Below are positions 38,301-47,900 of a stretch of 64,000 bases of DNA, one piece after another (positions within the stretch are counted from its first letter, which is position 1; every line of letters starts with the position of its first letter). This DNA comes from a virus: positions 1-64,000 of the IMG/VR virus record IMGVR_UViG_3300032285_001029. The stretch is one strand, 5' to 3'. Under the pieces are notes generated by a model that was given only the letters and a program-made list of their open reading frames with translations, ran no database searches and was not told where the DNA came from. Both the position numbers and the translations under genes were made by a program.

Positions 38301-38651
38301 TAAATCTACGTCCGCTCTTACGACGTATGCGCGATTGCTTACACCTAATAAACTATAAGCGGCTTGTAAACCATATTCACTAACTTCGCTTGCGTGTACT
38401 GGATTGTTGCTAGCGTCTGTTTGAAAATATGGGACACCGAAGTTATCGCTTAAATCTTTTTGACTTGTTAGCAAATATACCTTTCCTGCATTTTTAGCTA
38501 GTGTACCAGGTGCTATACCTGTTCCGGCAGCATTTGATTTATTTTCTGCTGAAGCTACAATGATTAAAGGTACAGTGCCTGGAGCATTAGCAACGTAAAA
38601 ACTTTCATCTTTAACTGTTACGCTAACACCCGGTGAATTTAATGTGGCCAT
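35319..38651 (-). CDS. Tail sheath protein (T4 gp18-like) with large insertions
   Basis: Start adjusted to MATLNSPGVSV; YYPW, VPPS, PWFAPAG..RG, VNPI, LDRVNVARL, FEPND..TR, P.KAAEFIYI; TATAAATA at 38684-38691. Confidence 0.95.
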   Translation of the reverse strand: MATLNSPGVSVTVKDESFYVANAPGTVPLIIVASAENKSNAAGTGIAPGTLAKNAGKVYLLTSQKDLSDNFGVPYFQTDASNNPVHASEVSEYGLQAAYSLLGVSNRAYVVRADVDLNSLKETTTIPAGSPEDGTIWFDTADSQYGVFEWQAGSALSGGQSFKVKSVSVITDTLLVNNFSASDYSPAKSFGAIGSYALVAVTDLNVLWYKKPETGSVAHPAGSWVEVGSSDWVASWPTAVGTTPTGSVTLNSNTLSINSHSVTGVEAATTLNELVSAINNTTAITGDGITAAVIKGFINIFSTGNTVTLSGTAAAAVGLAEASYLAPKLTIQPHTQIPLYGVSSQYPNGYPTGSIWVKSTSPNYGANWIIKKYNSTTAAWTTFLTNLYSDNTTALSKLDPKGGGLNLAKGALYIKYNGDEGNTQMADFKIYERTSSGPTSIVSGVIGDGTFANGSNEFMISESDAGSASMTDPIEVSFTAATGTGVATGNANAFLAALTAALPVDSNIITNLNTSTNVITISHKQGGEINLVDGTGNPLTALFAVDSTDNYYNDPKGVTGHFVASLWNAATIIPSSSAPTTTPADQTLWYDSNVHDVDIMINDGSKWVGYLSLTSPYYDNDDTVQTDPNGPIISATEPTKQSDGTSLQTGDLWIDTGDLENFPVLYKYNSLTKLWVLVDKSDQTTESGIVFHDARWNTNGQGADPASIVSLLTSDFVDFDCPDPALYPRGMMLYNLRRSSNNVKHYVKNYVNVLDRNPRFNNDEPMSDYYPNRWVSVAANQEDGAGSFGRKSQRQVVIQAMNALLTSNQYIRDEESLIINLLAAPGYPECIPELVALNYDRGLDAFVVGDTPARLTPDATTLNNWGNNKAKALVDGDAGLVTTDPYLGVYYPWGYTVDNNGRNIAVPPSHMMLKTISLSDNVSYPWFAPAGTRRGHITNASAAGYITTEGEFQSVALNTGQRDTLASIHVNPITYISGTGIVAYGQYTRQLIASSLDRVNVARLVIYLRRIFNQLAKPYVFEPNDTITRNEIKQQADTLLLELVGQRAIYDFITVCDTVNNTPATIDKSELHLDIAVEPVKAAEFIYIPIRLRNTGEIAQLGGATAALTA

Positions 38652-38759
38652 TCTGTGCTCTCCATGAATACAAATTGTTAATGTATTTATAGTATTTTGG
38701 GTTTTCCTACGGGTAATAAGCAATCGAAAAGGGATAAAAAAGGTTCAATTAAATACAGT

Positions 38760-39089
38760 ATGAGACCTTTATGTAAATGTGGACGTAGACCTGCTGCTGT
38801 TAACTACTATAAAGAAGGCAAACCATACTACAGAAAACTGTGCGAGGCTTGCCTTAAAGGTAATAGTTCGAATCCAAGATGGCAGCGATCTGGTTATGTT
38901 ATGAAAAATACTTGCGATAAATGCGGGTTTAAATCACCATACCCGGAAGTTTTTGCAGTATTTCATGTAGACGGCGATTTGAATAACTGTAAACTAACTA
39001 ACTTAAAAACAGTCTGTGCTAACTGCCAAAGAACACTACATAGAGATGGTGCTAAGTGGCGTCAGGGAGATCTAGTCCCTGACTTATAA
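38760..39089 (+). CDS. HNH-like Zn-binding nuclease
   Basis: Start adjusted to MRPLCKCG; CxxC pairs; HVDGDLNN....NL.TVCANC. Confidence 0.7.
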   Translation: MRPLCKCGRRPAAVNYYKEGKPYYRKLCEACLKGNSSNPRWQRSGYVMKNTCDKCGFKSPYPEVFAVFHVDGDLNNCKLTNLKTVCANCQRTLHRDGAKWRQGDLVPDL

Positions 39090-39723
39090 GTAGTGCATTA
39101 ACCTGATCGTATAGGCTATCTAAATCAGTGTTGTTATCTAATACTGCATCAAACTTACTTCCCACCCATGCTGTTTCGCTATCATGAATATTAAGTTTAG
39201 ACATTCTGTCTTTGGATAAGGCCCATCCTATATATTTTGGTCCGCGATTAACTGCTTGTGCATCTTGATACCAATCAGGCTCGGGGCCACGAACAACACG
39301 GATTACTATGCCTCCGGCATTTTTGATACTCTTAATCTCATTCGGAAATCTACAATCAGATATAACAATATTATCCTGACTGGCACGTAATTTATTTTCT
39401 AAACTGGCAATCCATATATCGTCATGAAACCCTTGTCTGCAGACTTCTGTACCCCAGTATTGTAAAATCCATCTTGGAGTGAGATTAGGCATTTTTAATC
39501 GTTCTGCCCACCATGGATCAACTTGGTCACGCCACTCTCTGCTTTGTTTGGTACGCCCTTCTAGCATAGTGCGATCCCAACCAAAGACTTGACTTACTGC
39601 ATCTTTCAAACTGTTAGCAAAACTTTCTCGTCGAAATCCATGAAAGTTAGTTAAGTAATCAGCGATAGTATCTTTACCGCTACCAATAAATCCACAAATT
39701 CCAATAATGATAGGTTTAGCCAC
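39052..39723 (-). CDS. Deoxynucleoside monophosphate kinase
   Basis: IGICGFIGSGKDT, FA..LKD, PR..LQ..GTE, ISDCRFPNE, H.SE. Confidence 0.92.
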   Translation of the reverse strand: MAKPIIIGICGFIGSGKDTIADYLTNFHGFRRESFANSLKDAVSQVFGWDRTMLEGRTKQSREWRDQVDPWWAERLKMPNLTPRWILQYWGTEVCRQGFHDDIWIASLENKLRASQDNIVISDCRFPNEIKSIKNAGGIVIRVVRGPEPDWYQDAQAVNRGPKYIGWALSKDRMSKLNIHDSETAWVGSKFDAVLDNNTDLDSLYDQVNALLISQGLDLPDAT

Positions 39724-39747
39724 AGGTTATCCTTTGAAGGGTTGTAT

Positions 39748-39776
39748 ATAGTAACACACAAGTTGTAATAATGCAA
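39748..39776 (-). promoter_or_regulatory. Sigma70 promoter for dNMP kinase
   Basis: TTGCAT-17 nt-TACTAT with extended -10 TG. Confidence 0.65.
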
Positions 39777-39786
39777 TAACTTTTGA

Positions 39787-40770
39787 TTAGTAGGAAGGAT
39801 ACCACTTTTGTGTACTACTGTCGTAAGTCATTATTAATGCTTTATTTACAACTGCTGTGGTACCTAGTGCAATATTTCCTGCAGTATTAGTGAAGAATAC
39901 GCCTAAAGGAATAAGTGTGATTTGCCCACCGGAAAGTGCAATCAGTGGATGGGGTGTGATAGTATTGATAACTTGTGTGCCGCTGATAAAAGTTATCGGT
40001 GCTGTTGGTGCAATAGTAGGTCCGCTGGATATTGTAGGTGCGGTTGTGCTTGTAGCAAATATTTTATAAACTGCTTGACTGGCAAATGTTATTTTGCCTC
40101 CATTAGCACTGCCAATGTTAACATTAGTAGTGCTAAATGCACCACCACCCGTACCTATATTAATAGTTTTGGTAGCTAACGCAGCTACAGGTCCTGTAGA
40201 AATATTTGTAGTACTAGCAAGAGATCCAACATTCCCTAGCGTTAATGTTAACACACTACCAAATGCTTGAAAAGTCGTAGTACCGTCTATGCTACTATTA
40301 AAGATCGGGTCTGTCGAAGTGATAAAGGTTGTACCAGTACCTGATTGACTAGTAATCGATGTTGTATTACCAACACTGGTTATAACTCCATTTAAATTGG
40401 CATTTGTAGTTACAGTATTAGCATTGCCAGCTAAATCTGCATTAATAGGAGTAGATACTGTTAGTGCTGCCAACGTTCCAACATTAGTTAAACTTGAATT
40501 AACAATTGTTGCTGCTAGCGTATTACCAGTAAGTACATCACCTGACACAGTAATATTAATACTTGCTGATCCGTCAAATCCGATGCCATTAATATAAACA
40601 GGACTAGCTAATTTAGTAGCAGTTGCACTGTTACCTGCTTGAATATATGATGCTAATGCGTCTGTACTGGTCTGTTTGCTTTCAGGTGTGCCACTAATGT
40701 CGGTAACAGCAAATATTTCTGTACCTGTAATAGTAGATAATAATGGTAACTCTGTAAATTTAATTGACAT
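39787..40770 (-). CDS. Fibre protein (possibly neck/collar-associated)
   Basis: IKFTELP N-terminus, ATKL....ING..FDGS..I, SSLT.VGTL, C-terminal YD....KW. Confidence 0.6.
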   Translation of the reverse strand: MSIKFTELPLLSTITGTEIFAVTDISGTPESKQTSTDALASYIQAGNSATATKLASPVYINGIGFDGSASINITVSGDVLTGNTLAATIVNSSLTNVGTLAALTVSTPINADLAGNANTVTTNANLNGVITSVGNTTSITSQSGTGTTFITSTDPIFNSSIDGTTTFQAFGSVLTLTLGNVGSLASTTNISTGPVAALATKTINIGTGGGAFSTTNVNIGSANGGKITFASQAVYKIFATSTTAPTISSGPTIAPTAPITFISGTQVINTITPHPLIALSGGQITLIPLGVFFTNTAGNIALGTTAVVNKALIMTYDSSTQKWYPSY

Positions 40771-40772
40771 GT

Positions 40773-41540
40773 TTAACCAATTACAAATGTATAAGGAATA
40801 CCGCCTGGGATTAAATTATCGAGTTCTTTTTCTAGCTTGTCTATTTCAGCTTGAGCTTCTGTTTTAAGCGCAGAACCGTTCAGTTGTATACCAGCCTGGG
40901 GGCCAGCAATACTTGAAAATTTACTACGTGCTTCACCTAACATCATTTTAGCAGTAGCTAAACTATAGTCGTATAACCATTGTTTTGCATAGATATCGGA
41001 TAGTAAAACAAAGTCAGGACGATAGTTATAAGTTCTTATTAAAATCTGTTCGCCATTTGCAAACGGACGCTGTAATATGGTCAATATGTGATTACTTTGG
41101 CGCCAATTAAATTCAATATAACTACCAAACATACGACCCACTAATTTTTGATATCCTGCAAATAAATCGTAAGTTGCAAGACCGCCCATCATCGTACCAC
41201 TTAATAGATAGGTATTAGTATAAGCTAAGTTAAATGGCTCAAATAGTGTTCCGCCTGATCCAAGTCCTGAGCGAGAGCCGACTGATCGTCTGAACACTTG
41301 ACGAACTTCAACAACTTCATCCGGAAGTCTGTACTCGTTTTGATCTTGTACCAGTTCTAAAAACATGTAAGATTCTTCTACACTATTTGAACTACGCTGT
41401 CTAAATCGATTAATTGCACGAGTTAAGGCTGTTTCTAAGTGTTTAGGATCCAGCTCAACTTCGACCATACCGTCGGCCAGCATAGTTCGTATGTAATCAA
41501 ATACTTTGCTGCGTTCAATCATGCTTGTGTTTTCGGACAT
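40773..41540 (-). CDS. Neck protein (T4 gp13-like)
   Basis: L....VEVEL, Y.LP, W..DY..A..K..LG..RSKF, G..LNG..L..EA..E...L. Confidence 0.8.
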   Translation of the reverse strand: MSENTSMIERSKVFDYIRTMLADGMVEVELDPKHLETALTRAINRFRQRSSNSVEESYMFLELVQDQNEYRLPDEVVEVRQVFRRSVGSRSGLGSGGTLFEPFNLAYTNTYLLSGTMMGGLATYDLFAGYQKLVGRMFGSYIEFNWRQSNHILTILQRPFANGEQILIRTYNYRPDFVLLSDIYAKQWLYDYSLATAKMMLGEARSKFSSIAGPQAGIQLNGSALKTEAQAEIDKLEKELDNLIPGGIPYTFVIG

Positions 41541-41556
41541 AATTCGTTCTCCATTC

Positions 41557-41578
41557 ATATTTATCTAGCGATAAATAT
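41557..41578. promoter_or_regulatory. Palindromic back-to-back late promoter pair
   Basis: ATATTTATC-TAGC-GATAAATAT between the divergent neck genes. Confidence 0.75.
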
Positions 41579-43060
41579 ATGACTATGCCAAGAATTAGCC
41601 TCTATCGCCCGGAAAAGGGCAACGACTATAAGTTTATGGATAAAAACATAAGTGAAATGTTCACTGTGGGTGGTACAGATTTGTACTTTCATAAACTATT
41701 AGGTACTTTGAATCCAACAACTGGCACTGCTGATCAGCCAATTTATGCTAGTCAAAGTGTAACCAACATACAAGATCTGTTATTTTTAGAAAATCGTGAT
41801 AGGAAATACGATCCTGAAATTTACAGAATACGTGGACATTATCAAGTTCAGAATCTAGATTGGAATCTAAGCCAATTTGGACTATTTTTAGAAAATGATA
41901 CGATTAATATGACTATTCATATTAATGATATTATCAGTACTATTGGACGAAAACCTATGAGTGGGGATGTATTTGAATTACCTCACTTGGCTGATTATTA
42001 TGCATTTAACGACTTAGCTTATGCATTACCTAGATATTTTGTTATTACAGATGTTAACAATGCAACCGAAGGTTATAGTCCATCTTGGTTTCCACATTTA
42101 TATAGATTAAAATGTAAAAAAATCACAGACAGTCAACAGTTTGCTGATATTTTAAATCTACAAATGACTGATGCTAACGGAGATCCTGTAGTTGATAGCT
42201 TAGGCAATCCGGTAACAGTTAAAGATTCTATCAGTCAACTAGCTACTAATCTTGCTGTAAATGATGCCGTTGTTGCGCAGGCTGCGGCAGATGCTCCTAA
42301 GAGTGGTTTTGAAACTCGTCAATTTTTTACACTGGCTGTCGATGAGCATGGTAAACCTACTATTAATACGGCAGATGAATATACTAATTTAGATGCTAGT
42401 AACACCGACATAAATGCAAATGACAGTTTAGGTGTTCCGCAAAGAACGGGTTATACAGGTTACCTTGTAGGCGATGGTATTCCTAGTAATGGCTATGCAT
42501 TTGGATTTGGTATACAGTTTCCTGCTAATCCACAAAAGGATGATTTCTTTTTAAGAACAGATTTTTTACCTAACAGACTATTTCAGTTTAATGGTCGTAG
42601 TTGGTCTGTGCTTGAAGATGCAGTACGCATGGATCTAAGTAATACTGATACTAGACAGACGTTAAAAACTAGTTTTATTAATAATACAGATTACATTTAT
42701 AATGATGCAGTAATTCAAACTTATGTTACATATACTGTTGAAGAAATACAAGCTGGTATTAATATAATACGAACTAAAAAACCATATCTTTCAAGTTATC
42801 AAACAGTTCCTTATATATCTTTGAAAATAGATGCATTTAGTTTAAGCTTTGCTATTGATGATTACGATGGCAGTTTAGTAACTTCTTATTTGGATACGAA
42901 TCCTAACAGCAACACTTATAATCAAACATTGATGCAGATTACGCTTCCAGATAGTAAAACATTGCCGTATGCAGGGCAATGGCAAGCGGGGTTATATAAC
43001 AACAGAGAAGCGGTACGTCAGAGTTTAAGTACAGTTTTAAAACCTAAGGCAGATTTCTAA
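41579..43060 (+). CDS. Neck protein (T4 gp14-like) with C-terminal extension
   Basis: D.LFLENR.R.Y, LSQFGL, P..GDV.ELPH, W.PH.Y...C. Confidence 0.7.
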   Translation: MTMPRISLYRPEKGNDYKFMDKNISEMFTVGGTDLYFHKLLGTLNPTTGTADQPIYASQSVTNIQDLLFLENRDRKYDPEIYRIRGHYQVQNLDWNLSQFGLFLENDTINMTIHINDIISTIGRKPMSGDVFELPHLADYYAFNDLAYALPRYFVITDVNNATEGYSPSWFPHLYRLKCKKITDSQQFADILNLQMTDANGDPVVDSLGNPVTVKDSISQLATNLAVNDAVVAQAAADAPKSGFETRQFFTLAVDEHGKPTINTADEYTNLDASNTDINANDSLGVPQRTGYTGYLVGDGIPSNGYAFGFGIQFPANPQKDDFFLRTDFLPNRLFQFNGRSWSVLEDAVRMDLSNTDTRQTLKTSFINNTDYIYNDAVIQTYVTYTVEEIQAGINIIRTKKPYLSSYQTVPYISLKIDAFSLSFAIDDYDGSLVTSYLDTNPNSNTYNQTLMQITLPDSKTLPYAGQWQAGLYNNREAVRQSLSTVLKPKADF

Positions 43061-44508
43061 TGCAATATTTTTACGATGGTCAGATAAGGCGATATCTAAC
43101 ACAGACTATACGTGTGTTCAGTAACTTTGTAGTCAAATATGGTGATGGTACACTACATCGTGTGCCAGTGTTATACGGTGATCCAGATCGTCAGGTAGCC
43201 AGTATTATGACGCAGAACAGTGCTTCGACGCTGCCTAGTGCTCCAAGAATAGCAGTTTACATAACTGGATTAGAATTAGATACAAATAGACTGGCTGATC
43301 AAACATTTGTAGGAAAAATGCATATTAGAGAACGCGATGTAGACCCAGCAAGTTCTACATATACGCACGGTCAAGGTCGTAATTATACCGTTGAACGCTT
43401 AATGCCTACTCCCTTTAAATTAACAATGAAGGTAGATATTTGGTCTACAAGTACTGAACAGAAATTACAGATATTGGAGCAGATATTAGTGTTGTTTAAT
43501 CCTAGTTTAGAGATACAAACAACCGATAACTATGTTGATTGGACTAGTTTAAGTGTACTCAATCTTACACAAACTAATTGGTCCAGCAGAAGTGTTCCTG
43601 TTGGCACTGATAGTCCTATAGATATTGCTTCATTAACATTAACTGCACCTATCTTTATTAGTCCTCCAGTTAAGGTTAAGCACTTAGGTGTTATTACAAA
43701 AATTATTACCAGCATTTATAGCCATGCAGAAACAGATAATAATACTTACATAGAAGGTTTAGGTCAGCCGTTAACTAGTCCTGGTACCACTTTTAGTGAT
43801 CTGCTAGACAGACAAGTCGTTACAATAACAGATTATCAGATACAGGTCTTTAACAACCAGGCATTGCTAATGGCTCCAAGCGAAAATACTATTCCACAGG
43901 AACCTAGTCTAGAACCTACAGTAAAATTAGGACCTAGTATAAACTGGGACACTGTGCTCAATCGTTATCCTGGAAAATATATTGCAGGTTCTAGTACAAT
44001 ATATCTATTACAACCTAGTGGTAGTTATATAGTCGGAACTGTAGCAGTTAATCCTACAGATAATACTGTGTTACAAATTGCTTGGGATTTGACAACCTTG
44101 CCCAGTGATACACTAATCGACAGTAATGGCCTAATGTATCCAGACCCAGATTACGGCGCTGGTACACAATACAGATCAAGTCCTGGAAATTTTGATGCTA
44201 TCATTAATCCGTACAATGTATATCCAGGGCATGGAATGACTGATATAGAAGCGGGTGATCGATTCTTAATTGTAGAAGATATTCCTTCAAATGGTTCTGC
44301 TTGGGATGGATTCGTGGCCCTAGCAAACGATATTATCGAATATACTGGTTCTGAATGGCATGTAGTTTTTGCCAGCAGTCAGATTACAGACATGATTGTC
44401 TATCAGACTAATATATACACTGGGATACAGTACATCTGGAATGGTGTAACTTGGTCCAAGAGTTACGAAGGTGAATATAAGGCTGGTCAATGGCAACTGG
44501 AACTGTAA
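43060..44508 (+). CDS. Tail terminator / sheath stabiliser (T4 gp15-like)
   Basis: YFYD.QIRRY, VPV.YG, P.P..L...VDIW, QILEQI...FNP. Confidence 0.8.
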   Translation: MQYFYDGQIRRYLTQTIRVFSNFVVKYGDGTLHRVPVLYGDPDRQVASIMTQNSASTLPSAPRIAVYITGLELDTNRLADQTFVGKMHIRERDVDPASSTYTHGQGRNYTVERLMPTPFKLTMKVDIWSTSTEQKLQILEQILVLFNPSLEIQTTDNYVDWTSLSVLNLTQTNWSSRSVPVGTDSPIDIASLTLTAPIFISPPVKVKHLGVITKIITSIYSHAETDNNTYIEGLGQPLTSPGTTFSDLLDRQVVTITDYQIQVFNNQALLMAPSENTIPQEPSLEPTVKLGPSINWDTVLNRYPGKYIAGSSTIYLLQPSGSYIVGTVAVNPTDNTVLQIAWDLTTLPSDTLIDSNGLMYPDPDYGAGTQYRSSPGNFDAIINPYNVYPGHGMTDIEAGDRFLIVEDIPSNGSAWDGFVALANDIIEYTGSEWHVVFASSQITDMIVYQTNIYTGIQYIWNGVTWSKSYEGEYKAGQWQLEL

Positions 44509-44939
44509 CAGATAGAATAGTTTGTAGTGGTGCATTATTTTATGCAAAAACAACTAAACGAGTTTTATTACTGCAAAAGTCTGCAGGTAAACATCAAGGA
44601 ACTTGGGGCTTAGTTGGGGGCACAAACATCGAAGGAGAAACTGCTTGGCAAGGGTTACTTCGAGAAGTTCAAGAAGAAATTGGACAAGTTCCTAAAATTA
44701 TTAAAACTATTCCTTTAGAAACATTTGTTAGTGGAGACAGGGTGTTTCACTTTCACACATATCTCTGCGTTATTTCCGATGAATTTGTTCCTATACTTAG
44801 CGACGAACACATGGGCTGGGCGTGGGCTAGTTTAAATCATGTGCCTAAACCATTACATCAAGGACTGAAAAATAGCTTTACTAATAAGATTATCAAAACA
44901 AAACTTCAAACGATTTTTGATATGCTAGAACTAATCTAG
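44490..44939 (+). CDS. NUDIX hydrolase
   Basis: Nudix box GGTNIEGETAWQGLLREVQEEIG; LSDEH..W.W, PLH. Confidence 0.9.
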   Translation: MATGTVTDRIVCSGALFYAKTTKRVLLLQKSAGKHQGTWGLVGGTNIEGETAWQGLLREVQEEIGQVPKIIKTIPLETFVSGDRVFHFHTYLCVISDEFVPILSDEHMGWAWASLNHVPKPLHQGLKNSFTNKIIKTKLQTIFDMLELI

Positions 44940-44949
44940 CATATCAAAA

Positions 44950-47900
44950 TTATGCAGTTGGAAATAATGTTCTTGGCAATGCAGGTCTATCTGTGCCAAT
45001 GTGTGTCATAACTGCAAGGCTAACTGACTGTGTAGTTCCAGTTATAGAAGTTAAGTTAGCTTGACTACCAGTTGCAATGGCTGCTGCACCAACAGACGCG
45101 GATACAGTCATCGAATATCCATCTAGTGTTTTAATATAGTAAGTAGTACCGCCTCCTACACTACCAAATCCGCCGCTAAAACTAATAGGCTGATTTGGAT
45201 GCAATCTTGTTAGATCACCAGTAAAATAAATTATATAAGTGTCTGAACTTACTAGTGTAATGGTATAAGGATCAAACTGTACCGCTCTAGTTTCATATCG
45301 CGGAAACATTGTAAATCTAAAATCGTGTAAATGTCCGGTCCAACCAGTAACTACAGATTGTGTATAATCTGCCCCTATTGTAAAGTCAGCAGTAGCATAA
45401 TCTAAATCTCCATTTTCAGTAGTTGGGCCTTGTCCGCCTGGATAAGTTCCAGTTCTAGTAGTTGGAAATGCATTGACATATATACCATTAATAAACCAGT
45501 AGAATATACCACCTTTACGCATCATACAAATGTAATCCATAGCTTTGCTAGTAACTGTACTGACTAGATATGTGCTAGGATTATAGTCAAAATATCCTTG
45601 AGTATTAGTGCTAGCTAATCCTGTACCGCCACCAGAAGCTTGCCTAAATCTCCAGTAACCTGTGGGATTAATCTGTGCTGCCATGTTGTTTGCATAGAGC
45701 CAAAGCACATTACCTACGGAAGCATTAATAGCACGACCTCCTGCTGTAGTGTCCATATGATTAACCCAACATTCGACAGTAAAATCTTGATATCGTGTAT
45801 CTGGCCTGAATGCTTGATATTCTTGAGCTGTGAATATTATGTAGTCGGTCTGAACAGTAGTATCATAATTCATAAATGTCATAGTAGAATTAGCACCATA
45901 TCGCTTGGTTCTGTAGTTAGGTCTGCCAGCAGAGCCATAACTATAGTGCGGCCATCTATGACATGCATCGGCAAATGGAAAATGATGATTAACTAACTGT
46001 ACACTATACTGATCATAAGCCCAAAAAGCGGTAGGAATTGTATATGTTGTAGAATCATTATTATATCTAGCTATATTGCTTATTCGGGCTGGGCCTGTTC
46101 TGCTGTCACTGGCAAGTCGATACGTCTGCCAAGTCTTCTGCCCAGGTGTTAGTGTTGTTGCAGTAGCAACTCTGTATCCATTAATAAACATGGCTATCTT
46201 ATTAGTCCTAGTTGGATCCCACACTACAGCTATATGATTGAAGCAATGACTCTTCCAATAGCTAGTCGCATATCCTGTAGTATAAATTCTTTGAACACCG
46301 CTGTTATGTGCAGTCCAAAATTCAAATGTAACATCATTCCAACTATTGCTAGCATTACTACGATCTCTGATAATCCTAAATCCTTCGTGACCTGCTGATG
46401 TAGCTGTATATAAGATTTGAATAGTTTCTGTCGGACTAGCAGGATTACTTATACTAGACCATATCCACATTTCCGCAGTCCATGCGCTGCTCAGTCTAGT
46501 TATAAAACTAAGTTCGTGATATACGCTGTCATTTTGTACAGGACCTGTACTATACCATTCAGAACCGCTGCTAGTAGACCCGTATGCATGTGCATTATAG
46601 TCAAATGGAATGCCACTGTATGGACTCCAAGACTGTATATATGGATTCCAAGCACTGGTGAAATTACCATCAGTTCGTCCGCCTGTATCTATATAATTAT
46701 TAGCAGGACTAGCGTCTCTATAGGTCGGATATTGGGCTGACCATAAACAAACAGTACTAGATGTAACTGGTAAAAATGTTGTAGGTACTTGAAAATATTC
46801 TGGATTAGATGAGCTAGTTCCCGGTCCAGACGCAGTATAAGAACCGTATGCTGCGGTTGTCTTACATACTCTAAAATCGCAGAAAGCGCCATTAAATCGT
46901 CTGCTATAGTCTGTACCTGAGTATTGATCGTTGCCTATGACAATTCTACTATTTTGTGGAGCAGCAAGACTTGCAGTAAATACAACTTCGCTACGCTTAC
47001 GACCATTTACATAGAACGCTAGCATTCCATTGACTCGTTGTAGACAAATGTGTGTCCATACAAAGTGTCGAAGTAATGTGTAATTGTCGAGCAATATTAT
47101 TCTACCAGCATACCAAACTTCAAGTTTACCTTGATAGTTCTGTCTAATAGCAAATTGAGTATCTGTATAGCCAGATCTTAAAGACAGTAGATAATTATAT
47201 GTGGTTGTAAAATATTGAAATTCGTTGAAATTTCTATTGTAACACCAAAATTCCATACTAAAATCGCCAGTACCGAATGTAAAGTTAGTGCCGCTATCAA
47301 CAATACTAATTTTATCTTGACTACTATCTCTATACATAAGTCCACTATGACCGTGGCGATGTGTAGGAGAACCTATTCCGGTACGCAATTCATTGTTTGC
47401 ACGACGTGGAAATACATATCGTGTAGTTCCATAATCGATAAGATAATCAAAAATTCCAGCTGGTAAAGTTGCACCGTTATTGGCAGTAGTTCCAAACATC
47501 ATCCAAGTGTTTGCATCTACGGTCATACTAGTATCTAAGAATGTAACAGCACCACTACTAGGTTCTACAGTTGTACCAAATGGAGTACCTGGCGTATATC
47601 TTGCTGTTCCAGAAACTCTAAGCCCTGCATAATACATGTAAGAGTTAAACTGTGCATTTCTGCTGTTAAGAATGATAGCGTAATCTGTGTTGTTATAGTT
47701 AGTGCTTACTGTACCGGTATATGCAACTGCACCATTTACCCACATACCAAATCCGCTGGCTAGTGTGTTAACTCTGGCAGCTGCCACATGATACCAAGCA
47801 CCTTGTGTCATTGAATTATTAGGGCTTGAGTTAAGACTGGCGTTAACATCCGACCAGCGTAAATATCCGCTGCTATCAATCCAAAAACTCCAACCAGTAC

